From: Blepharisma stoltei ATCC 30299
Lineage: Eukaryota > Protista > Ciliophora
Length of the DNA stretch: 64,000 nt
Assembly: GCA_965603825.1 (NCBI GenBank)
Contig: CBFDEM010000051.1
Coordinates: forward strand, 682,001 to 746,000
Direction: 5' to 3'
How positions within the stretch are numbered: the first letter of the stretch is position 1; each line of letters begins with the position of its first letter. The notes beneath the pieces are model-generated. The model was not told the DNA's origin. It saw only the letters and a program-made list of their open reading frames with translations, and ran no database searches. This document shows positions 49,146 to 61,182 of this stretch, piece after piece. Both the position numbers and the translations under genes were made by a program.

Positions 49146-49586
49146 TTATAAATTATAACTTTTCGGCTTAGAAAGCCGTTCAATTGATTTTTTTTGCCTG
49201 AAGTATCTTTTTTGGAAATCAGATTTCTGCTTAGAATTCATCCAAAAATCAGAATATGTATTGCTATGGATTAAATAGCTTCTTAGGTTTCCTTCAAATT
49301 TAAAGTTCCTGTCAGAGCAAGCGCCTCTTTCAAATCCTCCAGCAGTATCCGCAATATACCCATCTCTTCCAGTACCATTTGATTTATATCTAACTGTCCT
49401 GCACGGTGTAGTAGGAGTAACGACTCTTGTTTTTCGTTTTCCCATCAAAGATCCTATTGGAAATTCAGGCATGGTATTAAGAGGTCTATATAGTCCTCCA
49501 TTGTCGTGGGCTATATAAGTATCTCTTCCAGTTCCATCACCTCTATAATAGAGCGATTTTGAATGCGGCCTTCCAGAGTTAAGCAT
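49146..49586 (-). CDS. Small basic protein with two YxxxGTGRDxYI repeats
   Basis: YRGDGTGRDTYIAHDNGG and YKSNGTGRDGYIADTAGG. Confidence 0.8.
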   Translation of the reverse strand: MLNSGRPHSKSLYYRGDGTGRDTYIAHDNGGLYRPLNTMPEFPIGSLMGKRKTRVVTPTTPCRTVRYKSNGTGRDGYIADTAGGFERGACSDRNFKFEGNLRSYLIHSNTYSDFWMNSKQKSDFQKRYFRQKKSIERLSKPKSYNL

Positions 49587-49655
49587 TTCTTAGCAGTTAT
49601 TTTATGTTTATGAAAATATAGCCGATTGAATGATTTAAAAGGTCATTATAATAAA

Positions 49656-49889
49656 ATGGAATACGCTTATTCAGCTTCAAAGATCATCTTACCTGTATTA
49701 GTTACTGGGATCTATTATACTCATTGGCGTGCCTCTAAAGAAGCAGAGAACGACAAGCAAATAAAAAAGCACTGTCAGAAACAAGATGCTGATTTATATA
49801 TGTGCATGATCTCTAATGGAAACAAGAAATTATGCAAAGATGCCCAATCTGAATTGGATTATTGCGTATATCAGCACAGAGGATATTAG
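49656..49889 (+). CDS. Small twin CX9C (CHCH) protein with N-terminal TM, probably mitochondrial intermembrane space
   Basis: C-QKQDADLYM-C and C-KDAQSELDY-C; hydrophobic IILPVLVTGIYY; ATG in AAAATG context at 49656. Confidence 0.75.
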   Translation: MEYAYSASKIILPVLVTGIYYTHWRASKEAENDKQIKKHCQKQDADLYMCMISNGNKKLCKDAQSELDYCVYQHRGY

Positions 49890-50148
49890 ATAATATCTTT
49901 TAATTTACATTGTGTTTTAAAATAAATAAAAGATTAAATTCTCAAAGAAATCTTTTCACGTATGAAAATTCATATAATAATTCATAATATCAGCAAATAA
50001 AGCTATTTTCATAAGAAAAATTTTTTCCCAACATTCTTAAACATTTTATTCAAGCAATTTGATGTAATTTTACCAAAAATCGACGGGATTATGCTTTTGG
50101 GAATTTTTAGTTAAAATCTTCTTAACAAGAAAATATAAACTAAGATAG

Positions 50149-50370
50149 CTACTTTCCTCTGTTAACTTGAGCAGCATTAGCAACAGGGCCGCTTTGATAT
50201 TGAGGAGCGGGAAGAGACTGGACTGCATCAAGCTCAATTACTTCAATTGTCGCATCAATTTCTTGTAAAAGCTGCAAAATTGAATTAGCTTTGTTTTGAT
50301 CCCCTGACTGTATTGCCTCTGTCAAAATTTGGCTTAAATATTGATTTTCTACTTCTGGCTCGTCTTCCAT
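50149..50370 (-). CDS. Small hypothetical acidic protein
   Basis: 73-aa ORF with coding-like composition in AT-rich flanks. Confidence 0.55.
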   Translation of the reverse strand: MEDEPEVENQYLSQILTEAIQSGDQNKANSILQLLQEIDATIEVIELDAVQSLPAPQYQSGPVANAAQVNRGK

Positions 50371-50457
50371 TTAGATTCTGCAAATAATTATTATCATATT
50401 AGAAATGCTTAAAATTCATAATAAACACTATAATTTTATATATTAAAATATTAAATA

Positions 50458-51930
50458 TTACTTATACTCATGTTTCGGATTTTTAGTCCTTTGCCACTGC
50501 ATATTTGCCATATAAATTTCGTCTACTGGTTTTCTGTTATGAGACTCCTTTCTTTTAATTGAATTTTCTGATGGATCTCTTGCAATATGAGGATCATTCC
50601 ACTTTACTGAGCTAAGTTGGGAATAATTTGACTTTAATCCTAGGTTTTCTTTATGAGTTTTCAATGCAATATTTTCATCAGCCAAATCTAACTGTAATCT
50701 TTTTAAGTCTTTTTCTGCATTTGTTGAGGTCCTTATCACGATTTTCCCATTACCTTTACAAGTCCCAGTAATATTATCATCATCTATTTGTATTGATACT
50801 ACATGGACACTGCTACAAATTTTTTTTATCCCTTCCTTTGTAATATTTCTAGGCAAATTTTCTAAATCATATTCTACAATAGCAGGCTCTTGGGTTTTCC
50901 CTTGACTTTCACTATAATTTTGCATTGAGCTTGCCATTTCTCTATTTTTAAACTGCAGAGGATTCTGAGGATCAGCTCTATTTGGCTGAGGGGTTATATT
51001 TCTTTCCTGGTAGTCTTCATTTCCCCATAGATTTTTTGATTTAAATTTCTGGGCATCATAATCTTCTTCTCTTGTATAAGTCCTTGCATCATTTTCTGTT
51101 CATTTTTGGGTAGCTGCAATCAGCTTGTCTGGGCATTTATTATGAGCATATTCACTGGGCTCTCCAAATATGTCTGAGTACATATGGTTTTTCCTTCTTT
51201 TTTCTTCATTATAGGTATCATGCTGCTGACTTGGGGCTTGTCTAGGTTCTTGTTTGCCAAAAATAGAAGACTCTCTCATTTCAAGCCTTCTAGATTCAGG
51301 GGAAAACTGGGTTTTTCTAGTTTCTTGAGGGTTTTCTCTTTCAAAATCTTTGTATTGACTTGGGTAAAAAATTGTGGATTCCATGTTTTCACGTTTTCTT
51401 TGCCTTGAAGACACATCCCCTCGTCTTTCTGTATTATTTTCTTCTTTTTTAGGGAGTTGTTTTATATGCTGAGAACTTCCATATAATTCTGAATATTTTC
51501 GGTTAAACGCAGAGGTCTCTGAATATTTTGGCTCAAAGTCACGTGAGGTCTTTCTGATGTTTTCTTTTTGGTAGTAATTATTTTGGTCGTTTCCTAGCAA
51601 ATTAGGAGTATCAGAAGGCTTAGATGGACGAGAATTTGAATCTTCATATTCAAATTGATTTGAATTTTGGACACCAAACTGGCGTTCTTGATTTTTATTT
51701 CTGCTAGTCTTGCTGGAGTCATAATAGGTATAGTCATTTCCTTGTACATTTCTATAGTCTCTTGGCTGGCTCCTTCCATAATCAAGGCTTAATGAGTCAC
51801 ATGACCGTTGTCTTAACTGCCGATTATTGAAACTTTCTCTTTCAATTGTACTTTTGTTCTGAGAAATAGAGCTTGATTCAAAAATTGAAGATTGGAATTG
51901 CGAATTCCTTCGAGTTCTGGCTTCAGACAT
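50458..51930 (-). CDS. Low-complexity protein with C-terminal RRM-like segment (TGA=Trp at 51100)
   Basis: Same-frame ORFs joined across TGA; LENLPRNIT...DNITGTCKGNGKIVIR. Confidence 0.7.
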
Positions 51931-51965
51931 GATTTAATTTATATGAAATTTACTGTACAATTACG

Positions 51966-52727
51966 TTAATTATTCATTTTTAAAGTGCTAAGAGCTATTC
52001 TTACATCTTCAGTATTTTCAGTAGCAATTTTTATGAGGAAAGGCAATAAATCTTTTAAATCACGATCGTTTGGGTCGCCAACCCATGACTCAATTTCAAT
52101 TCCATTTGCGGGCTGCCTTTGAAAACTATCTGCAGAGTTATCTATTATAATAACTTTAGAAAGGTCTCGCCCAAGGCAGGCCAAATCTTTTACTAAGACT
52201 CCGTCAATCTCTATAGTGTGCTGCTTATAGAGTCTTAAATTTATTTTTTTTTGCGGATCAACCAAATTCATAACACTATCTGCATATCTTTGTGAAGCAG
52301 CAGTGAACAAAATTATTTCGAAATATTCACTAAGTGAATTTATAAATTCTGACACAAATGGCCTTACCAAATATTTTTCTTGGAATCGGTGCCCTAAAGT
52401 CTCATCTAAGTCCAGCACCAGTGTATGCATTTTATGAGGATAGTTCGGAATAAATGGTGCAGTACGTTTGGTGAATAATGATTGAGGGGATGGGTAAAAG
52501 GACTTCGGAGAGATAGTATCAGCAATATACTGAATGTTGGAAAGTCCCGTTAAAAGCAACTCATTAGGGACTTTTCCGAGCAAAGCAATTAAATCATTAG
52601 TGATAAGCACCGTGAAATAAAACTTCGGGCTGAACTGCGGGGATGAGGTTATTGCTTGCTGCTGGGTGTGCTTTATACAGTGATATAGGTCAGTAGTGCT
52701 TAAAGTGAGCGTTGATGCTGCGGACAT
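51966..52727 (-). CDS. NIF/FCP1-SCP family CTD-like phosphatase
   Basis: LVLDLDETL, VRPFV.EF, FTAASQRYAD, KDL..LGRDL, IIDN. Confidence 0.92.
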   Translation of the reverse strand: MSAASTLTLSTTDLYHCIKHTQQQAITSSPQFSPKFYFTVLITNDLIALLGKVPNELLLTGLSNIQYIADTISPKSFYPSPQSLFTKRTAPFIPNYPHKMHTLVLDLDETLGHRFQEKYLVRPFVSEFINSLSEYFEIILFTAASQRYADSVMNLVDPQKKINLRLYKQHTIEIDGVLVKDLACLGRDLSKVIIIDNSADSFQRQPANGIEIESWVGDPNDRDLKDLLPFLIKIATENTEDVRIALSTLKMNN

Positions 52728-53956
52728 TTTAATTTATATTGAATGATTTCACTGACAAAAATGAGCTGATAAAAAAGGCATGAGTGAATAATAAAACTGA
52801 AACAGAATCAATTTAAAGGGACTTAACAATTTTTTAAATAAAGTAAGATGTATAAAAATAAATAAAAGAAAACTAGCTAATTGATTTTGCAGCAGAAAAT
52901 GGGAATATATTAATTATTCGAAAAGAAAAGCTTTTTTGTAAAAGTTGATAAAGATATAAAATCCCAAGTAAATATTAATGATCGTTTGACTTTGATAGGG
53001 AAAATTTAGAAAAAGCATTCCAAACATAACGAATGCTCTTGAACTTACAATTAAAATGGCAGAAATATGTCTTTGTATTAGAAAAAAATTCAGAAAATGT
53101 TTTAAATGAACGCTTTGTGGACCTTAGATCGTTAGAGCCTGCTTAAATAATCAAGCAAGTATCATAAATCTAGAAAGTTCTGATTTTTTTAATGTTTTTT
53201 GGGTATATCTATAAACTTTCGTTCTCCTTAACTGAAACATTGTTATTTTGCTCAATTTTAGCATCTTGTTCATATTTTGCTGATCAGATCCTATCAATTT
53301 GTTTTGAGTTGCTAATAATTGAAGCAAGGCTCATTATTGCATAAGCCAGTAAAAAATTTATTTAAAAAATGGCTCTTATAATGATGAAAAACTTACTTTA
53401 ATGCTTCAGAAAATAATTTTTAGAGATTTAATTAAAATTTGTGGTCTTAATTCTACACAAAAGCTTATAAATAGAAAGGATACTATTGGTATTATTTTAA
53501 TTATTGCATCAAATTATTCTGAATTAATTAATATTTTCTATTCTGTTTATTGCATTAAAATAATCTAAATCCTTTAGCTAAAAAATTTCTGATTTAATTT
53601 TGTGGCTGATTAAGTAAATTTCCTGATATTAGGTTTTTGGGATTTTAATGCTAAATAATTAATTTCTGATGTATAAATATTTTGCTCATTCACAAAAAAA
53701 TATAAATGCTTAGCAGCATCAGCAATATGAAAAACATTTGGCTTTTATCTTAAAATTTATTAAGCAGCTACAGTAAGAATTTACTGAATATTTATTACTT
53801 GTTATATATCAGTTATGATAAAATTTCAAAAACAAAATGGCTTTATTTAAATTTATTCTAAAACTCATTTTGCTTATTTTTCATTGTCTGCTACTTTAAA
53901 TTTAACTTTTTCTCATTAAAAATATTCATCAGACCACTTAAAAACAATTTATTTAA

Positions 53957-54871
53957 TTAAGTTTCTATGACTGTATAGAACAAGACTAAGCCTCCAATAT
54001 AATAAAACCCTAAGAACACATATCCAGCCACCTTCAAATATTTGTCTGTTTGTGTTGGAGGGTCAATAAGCTCAAAGACCACAAATCCCAAAACTAGCCC
54101 CGTGATGGTTCCACCTATATGTCCCCAGTTGTCAATTAAGCTTGAAGTCTAAATATTTCTTACAAATCCTAATAAGATATTGAACATAAGTAAAATTAAA
54201 AGCCAAATCAAAGTGACAGTCCTATACAGATCGTCTTCAAGGCTTGACCAGTTCATAATGATCCACATAATCATCGCCGCTGTAATTCCAAATATCGCAG
54301 TTGACGCTCCTACAGCTAGATCATCAGGGGCAACTAAACAGCTGAAAATGACTCCTCCAATCCCTGAGCCAACATACACAATTGCAGTTCTCCACCATCC
54401 TACTGTAGGCTCTAATCTAAATCCAAGTATAACTTGTGTGAACAAATTGAAAATTATATGGGCCATGTTAGCATGCAAAAGTATTGGAGTCACAAATCTT
54501 CATACTTGGTAATTCTGCTGCATTTCTTCTGGATTTTTTGCCCCAAAATCATCTAAAGTGTCTTCTTCTGGCTCTAAAAACGCATCGGTATTGTAATCGT
54601 AAAACACTGTTATTGTATACATGATTATTTGAGCACAGGTGATAGCAAAAATGAATGAGTAAATAGTGAAATAAGGACAAAAAATATATTTAATCATTTG
54701 GCAAAATGTTTCTTTTCGAGCAGAGTCTGCAGTGCCAAGCTCAAAACCGTAGCCTAATATAGGATATTGATTAGGACGACGATTTTCTCTGTTTCTTTGA
54801 ATTAGTGCTCGACGCTCTCTTTCTTCTCGATCTCTGTCAATATCTCTTAGTCCTCGAATATTTCCAGACAT
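53957..54871 (-). CDS. Rhomboid intramembrane serine protease; TGA=Trp at 54500, intron 54149-54163
   Basis: QV-W-RFVTPILLHANMAHIIFN, VGASTAIFG, IDNWGHIGG (the catalytic His is in frame only after splicing). Confidence 0.93.
54149..54163 (-). other. 15-nt intron (gtaagaaatatttag)
   Basis: Required to reach the catalytic His helix. Confidence 0.92.
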
Positions 54872-54976
54872 TTATAAAGCTTATTGTTTTCTATTGAAAA
54901 ACGGTCATTGATTATTTAGCTGAATTATTTCCTTAATATAAAACTAAGCTTATTTCTATTAAGGTTAAGGGTTTAA

Positions 54977-56212
54977 TTAAATAATACTTTGTCTATTCTT
55001 TTTTAATTGTTCTAAATGGCCAACAATTAAGCTTATAGATTTTAAATTGAAAAATTGGCATATTTTGACAAGAATTTGTCCTTGCAAACCATTTCGGAAA
55101 ATCATATATTCCTCTATAATATTTATAAGACTATTTCATGTTTCTGTGCAAGTAGGCTTGGTTGGGCTTGAGTCTGATTTATAGACGTCTTGGATAACTT
55201 CAGTTATTCTTTTCACCAATTTCTTATATTTTTTGCTTGAAGTATATGATTGGGCTAGATGGGTTATATGGGAAACAAGAGTTTTTTCATTAGAAGTCCC
55301 TGTTATTTTATATAATTCTTCTATTGTTGCTGAGTTTGAAATATTTTCACTAGATTTAGCCTCATTTTTTAAACTCAAGCAGGTCTGCTCAAGCCTTGCT
55401 TTTTCATTTTTTAAATTTTTGATTTTTTCATCACTTTTTCTGCAATTTTCCCTTAAACTGACCACTGATTTGTCCATTTCTTGGAGCTTTTCTCTAAAAG
55501 TGTCATTTTCAAGCTGAAGAAATTTATATTCACTTTCTTTATTTTTTATTTGCTGTTTCAGCTCAGCAATTCCATTTAAAGCTTCTTCTTTTTCTTTACT
55601 AGTTTTTTCGTTTTTTAGTTTAATTTCCTCAATACTATTCTGCATAATTTTTATATTGGCATCTGCTTCTACCTTTGCATCAAGTAATTTTTCTTTTAGT
55701 TCAAACTCTTTAGAAACAGCGGCTTTTTTGTCTTTTTTAAGCATTTCGATTTCTTCATCTTTTTCCTTGAGTTTTAGGTCGTATTTTGCATTTTCTTCTT
55801 CGAGTGAAACTGCTTTATTTTTCCAAGTCGTCAAATCTTTTATCAGAATTTTTTGTTTATTCTGAAGCTGCTCTATAGATCCGTATAAATCGCTTAAATG
55901 ACTATTTAAATTGTCCAGCATTTTGTCTTTTTGATCAATCCTTTCCTGAAGAATTGAGTTTTTTTCTCTTTCAGATTCAAGTAAAAGCGATAGTTCCCAC
56001 TGATTTTCTTCTTTTCGTCTTGGGATTTTTAAGCATTGTTGATTTCTTTTAGTTTTTGAAATCTCGTCACTTTCATATTCTTCATCTTGGTAAGGCTCAA
56101 CTATGGAAATTTCTTGAGAAATCTGTTCTAATGAGGATCCATTGATTTGTATCAGCGCTGCTTTAATATTTTCTATTTCTTCTTCTAGCTTACTTTCAGT
56201 TAATTCAGACAT
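54977..56212 (-). CDS. Coiled-coil protein (TGA=Trp at 55136)
   Basis: Long heptad-rich ORF; the frame continues past TGA to TAA at 54977. Confidence 0.75.
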
Positions 56213-56233
56213 TTTATTATAAAATTTAATTAC

Positions 56234-57970
56234 CTAAATCCTTTGAGGCTCAAATCTTTCAGGTGGAATTTGTATTTCAAAAGGAGGGGAAAACCCTTTA
56301 CTTGGCTGAGAGTCTTTGAATGCAGGCTCATACGTCTGTTTCATGAGACCACTGTTAGCTTCTCTTCTCCGCTGTCTGATGTATATGATTAGTCCTATAA
56401 CAATAATTAAAAATATGACTATGACGCCAATTGTTATGCCAATAACTGCACCTTTACTAATATGAGAATCATCATCACTTGAACTTTTATTATCCGAGTC
56501 TAAACTTATATCCCAATCTATATTTGTTTTTAATGCTTCAGCGTCAGGCAATCCTGCATGATTAATAGAAATATTTCAATATGAATTCATCTTGTCTTTA
56601 CTATTGGGTCTAGTTCCTTCTATATAAAAAATAAAGTCTACATACGTTAAAGCTGGGACATCAAAAAGAATTTCAGCAGAAATAGACGTATCATCTGCTT
56701 CTATATTAGAAAAATCAATATTAATGTAGTCTGTAATATTTTCATCATCCATGATACGGTAAAGAGCATAGTACCCATTGGTTTGTAATGAAAAATTATA
56801 CCCAGGAATATTATCTGCATAATTCCATGTAAAATTAAGCGCAATACTTTTTGCATTTTTAAACCCATAATTGGTAATATAGAATTCATTTTCAAAAAAT
56901 ATTGATGAATCGTTATTTTGGCAATAATCAGGATATTCATAACACTCATACCAATTAAAATAATACTCCCCTTCAAGAGAATAAGAGGCGCCATCTAGAT
57001 TTCATAGAGCAGATTGCAAGTGAGGATTAAAATAAGTCATGATGTTTTCTGATTTGTCATATGGCGCAATTTCTCCTTTCATAGAAAATATTCCTTTGGA
57101 CAGGGCAAAATCTATAAGAGTTCCGTCTTCTAGCTTGCCGTCAATTTTTTTAGCAGTCCCATAGGATATGTTTACTAGTGGAAAAAAGCTTTTTAGATCG
57201 TTGTAAGCCCAGCCGAACATTGGATCAGGAACTGTAATAGGATCCATGCTCATAGAGGTATAAGGCAAAATATATACATTTTTATCTTCATCAAAATGAA
57301 TCCAAACTGTTATGTTCTTATCAATAATAAAATTTTTGACACTGCTTGTTTCGCTCTCAGAAAATGCTGAAGATCCTCTATATTTAGGATCGCATGGATT
57401 ATTTGAAGAATCTCCAGTTGAGTTTCCCCAATTAAACTCCCAGTTTCTATCAAGATTTACTCCAGCTTGTGTCGAATTTTCACATCCAGTATCCTTGAAA
57501 TTTTTTGTAACAACCTCAAAGCTACTACCCTCTGTATAGCTTTGCTCCATTTGCTTGTAGGCATCTACATTAATAACCGGGATAAAATAAATATTGGTCT
57601 TCAAAAGAATGCTCCTTTCTATGCTATTTTTTGAGTAATTATTAGCAAAGTCTTTTAATAGAAACATGACTAAGGATGGATTTGTGGGGTATCCTGAATA
57701 TAATGAGCTTGTGACTAATGCGCCACCTTTTTCATAAGATGGGATCCCTTGTCCTGCTAATTTGATGAAATTTATGTTAACTCCTTTAGAACTTTGTCCA
57801 ATTGATCCACCTGATGCAAGGTCTGGAAAAGAGTTGATAATGGTTGACATATCAGTATTAATTTCATCTAAAGTGAAAAAGCCTCCAAGTGTACCGTTGT
57901 TAAGAGTCGATTCCCAGGATGCTAAAGCAAAGTAGAGGAATGATAAGTATAGAACTGAGACTTTATCCAT
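56234..57970 (-). CDS. Type I membrane protein with degenerate M14 carboxypeptidase domain, copy 1 (two TGA=Trp)
   Basis: Signal peptide, IPVINVDAY, GVNLDRNW, YRGSSAFSESET, C-terminal TM; co-linear with 58699..60420. Confidence 0.85.
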
Positions 57971-58349
57971 TTTTATAATATTCATTTTGATTATTCTAAG
58001 AAGACTTTTTTTCTTTAAAGAATTAACAAATATATTAGGCAATTTCACATCATATATTTAATTTTTTTAAATTTGGAGTAAAGTAATTTTATATCAATCA
58101 AATAAGTGCCTATAAAATGGCTTACATTAATGCCCAATTTATTCTATCACTTTATTAGAGCCTTCAAGGATATATATTTCTTTTGCTTTCAAAATTTTAT
58201 TCCTTATTGGCAAAGTTCTCGATCCAAATCTTATAAGAGCTCTATTCTAGTATAGAATCGTTTATAAAAAATATTTCATGCTGTTATTTAAAAGTTTTAA
58301 ATATTTTCCTTCGTCAATCAATAATTTTAAATATCCTACTGAGTCTGAA

Positions 58350-58550
58350 AAAAAGATAGATAATTAAATATAAAAATGCCGCAGTTGCCCCAAATTGAAA
58401 TACCTATTATTGCATCTGTTTTGATGCCTGAACCACCATTATCATCAATACCTAAGATTCCATTAGCACCATCTCAATTTGTACCGGAATCAACGTGAAA
58501 TTTACACGCTTGGGTATCAGATAAGTCAGCATGATTAAAAGAAATATTCA
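58350..58550 (-). pseudogene. Fragment of a third M14-like paralog (juxtamembrane/TM part only)
   Basis: NISFNHADLSDTQACK...DDNGGSGIKTDAIIGISI resembles NISINHAGLPDAEALK (copy 1) and DNGGGSSGLSQGAIAG (copy 2); stops follow. Confidence 0.65.
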
Positions 58551-58698
58551 GCCGGCAATGATTAATAGAGAAATTAGAAATGCTATTTTTCGACTGCATG
58601 ATAAAATGATTAGTTATAAATAAAGAGAAAAAAAAGTCTTTCTAACGTAAAATTAATTATTAATTATTAAGATGTTTAATTAGTGATAATAACTTAAA

Positions 58699-60420
58699 TT
58701 AAACTCTTGGGGTGGCATAATCTTCTGTGTTAAACTGAAGATCTCCAGATGAAAATCCTTTAAGTTGCTTTGAGTCCTTTGGTGCATGCTGATAAGCTTG
58801 CTTTATAAGACTCTCTTCAAATCTTCTCCTTCTGCATAAGTACCATACCAGCCCAATAATAATCAAGATAGCTACTAAAAGTCCAATCACAAGCCCTGCT
58901 ATGGCTCCTTGGCTTAAACCTGAGCTACCTCCACCATTATCAGCATAGCTCATTTGAACGTGATCAGACGTTTCAATTACAATTGATTCACTTTTAGGCA
59001 AATAAATATTATCTAGAGTCACATTCCAGTCCACTCTGAAATGATGTTCTTTTTTCTGCATTGGACTTTCCAGCACAAAACCAAAATACATCGCAGACAT
59101 AGCTGGGATGTCAAGACTGACCACGCCCCAGATCAGTCTTTTTTCTGAATATATTTCATCAAATAAAATTGGCACATAGTCAGTGACATTTTTCCCAGTC
59201 ACAATTGAAGTTATTATATAAGATGATGTGTTTTGCAACGAAAAGCGATATCCATATGACTCTTCATAGTCAAAAGTGACGTTTAGCAGCATATGTTTGG
59301 CAGCTGTAAATCCATAGTTATTCATCACCATTTCTCCATAGAAAAACACTGCAGATTCATTATGTAAACAATACCCAGGCCAGTCCCTACACTTATAAAG
59401 CTCATCATAGAAGTGGGCTTCTATATAAAATGATGCCCCAAAAATGTTCCATAAAGCAATTTCAAAATGAGGCTTGAAATAAGAAATTATGTCTCCTGTA
59501 ATGTTTTTAGAGTCGCTACCTACTTGTCCCTGGAATGAAAAAATGCCTCTAGATAAAGCATAGTCAATGACTGTTCCGTCTTCATATTTACCGTTAATTT
59601 GTTTGCTGAGGCCATAAATAATATTTAATTTTTGCATTTGGGCTGTTAAGTTTGCGTATACACCTTTGAACATAGGGTCAGGAGTTGTTATTTCTGTGAT
59701 ATTCATGGAAGTATAAGGCAAAATGTATAAATCCCCTTCTCCTTCATAGTGAAGCCAAGTCGTTATGTTTTTTCCGATTAAAAAATCCCTAAGAATTTTG
59801 GATTCTACTTCAGAAAATGCTGCAGTTCCTCTATATTCTTCATCGCAAGGATCGCTTGAGGACCCTTCATCAGAATGTCCCCATTTAAAATCCCAATTTC
59901 TATCAAGATTAACTCCATCACCAGCCGAATTTGCACATCCAGTGTCTTTTGAATTTTTTTTGATTACTTGAAAGCTACTTCCTTTATAGCTCTCTTGCAT
60001 AATATTATATGCGTCAACATTTACTACTGGGACAAACCAAATATTTGTAGTTAAAAGGATGCTTCTCTCATAGGAATCTTCAGAGTATAAATTCGCAAAA
60101 TCTTTAAGCAAATACATTACGAATGATGGGTTTGCTGGGTATCCTGCATATAAAGAGCTTGTAATTAGGACTCCACCTTTGTCTGCTGTTGGAAGCCCAT
60201 CTCCTATCAGTTGTACATAGTTTATATCAATTCCTAGAGCGCTTTTCCCTACAGACCCAAAAGTCGCGATGTTTGAAAATTGACTTGAGATCCTATTAAG
60301 ATCATTGTTGATTTCTTCCAAAGTAAAAAAGCCGCCAAGTGTCCCATTATTTAAGCTTTGTTGCCAGCTTGCTAGAATGAAATATATGAGTGATACAAAT
60401 ATCACTGCTGAAAACTTCAT
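58699..60420 (-). CDS. Type I membrane protein with degenerate M14 carboxypeptidase domain, copy 2
   Basis: Signal peptide, VPVVNVDAY, GVNLDRNW, YRGTAAFSEVES, TM GAIAGLVIGLLVAILIIIGLVWYL followed by RRRR. Confidence 0.88.
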   Translation of the reverse strand: MKFSAVIFVSLIYFILASWQQSLNNGTLGGFFTLEEINNDLNRISSQFSNIATFGSVGKSALGIDINYVQLIGDGLPTADKGGVLITSSLYAGYPANPSFVMYLLKDFANLYSEDSYERSILLTTNIWFVPVVNVDAYNIMQESYKGSSFQVIKKNSKDTGCANSAGDGVNLDRNWDFKWGHSDEGSSSDPCDEEYRGTAAFSEVESKILRDFLIGKNITTWLHYEGEGDLYILPYTSMNITEITTPDPMFKGVYANLTAQMQKLNIIYGLSKQINGKYEDGTVIDYALSRGIFSFQGQVGSDSKNITGDIISYFKPHFEIALWNIFGASFYIEAHFYDELYKCRDWPGYCLHNESAVFFYGEMVMNNYGFTAAKHMLLNVTFDYEESYGYRFSLQNTSSYIITSIVTGKNVTDYVPILFDEIYSEKRLIWGVVSLDIPAMSAMYFGFVLESPMQKKEHHFRVDWNVTLDNIYLPKSESIVIETSDHVQMSYADNGGGSSGLSQGAIAGLVIGLLVAILIIIGLVWYLCRRRRFEESLIKQAYQHAPKDSKQLKGFSSGDLQFNTEDYATPRV

Positions 60421-61182
60421 TTTTATCAGGATATTTAAGAATAGGCGGTTTCATCCTAATATGGTATTTAAGAATAGGAACTTTAAAGAATGGCGCATTT
60501 ATGCATTTATTTAATATATATGACAAATTTAAATATATTTCTCGTCGTTTTGAGCTAGATTAGCATGATATGAATTGCTGAATTTATTAAAGCTATTTGC
60601 TTGCGATACCAAAAATTTAAATTTTTGTATGATGAAATATTCATAAATCAAAAATGTTTATAATAATCATGAAAGCCTATAGGGGGTTATAATAGCCTAA
60701 ACTAAAGGTGCTTTAATATTAAGCTATATGTTTTATTTGCACAGTATATCACCTGCCTTTAGAAATAACTTTTATTAAATTTAATAAATTCAAAATTATT
60801 AAATTAAATAAAATTGGTGATTAAAACTTGATTTAGCATTAATATGCAGACAATTATAAAGCAAAATCTCATTAAATCTTTCATCAACATAATTTATATT
60901 ATGCATAGTCAGTTTCAAAATATCGTAATAATCTTAAATGTAATAAGAAATAAATTAGATAAAGAATTTCCACATGATTTTCATCAAAGTTTTTTTGCAT
61001 GAATATTAATGAAACAATTCTTAACTTCGCAATTATTTTTCCTTTATGGCAAGTCCACAACATGAATTAATTCTAATTAATACTGGAAATTATTAGTAAA
61101 AACGCATTTTATAGGAGAAAATAATGTAATTCTGGCTTATTTTAAATAATTTCCCAAGTATCTAATTATTTAATATTTATAA

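Noticed and set aside
52800-53940. Long intergenic stretch as a hidden gene or retained germline-limited segment
   Set aside because: No sustained frame even with UGA=Trp, and no terminal repeats that I could identify.
53957-54871. Functional link between the rhomboid and the LNR-TM-RING array (Notch-like cleavage pathway)
   Set aside because: About 37 kb apart among unrelated genes; eukaryotic gene order gives no support, and Notch is not cleaved by rhomboids.
60432-60480. Direct repeat TATTTAAGAATAGG x2 upstream of the M14-like gene
   Set aside because: Short and AT-rich, not seen upstream of the paralog; no support for a function.
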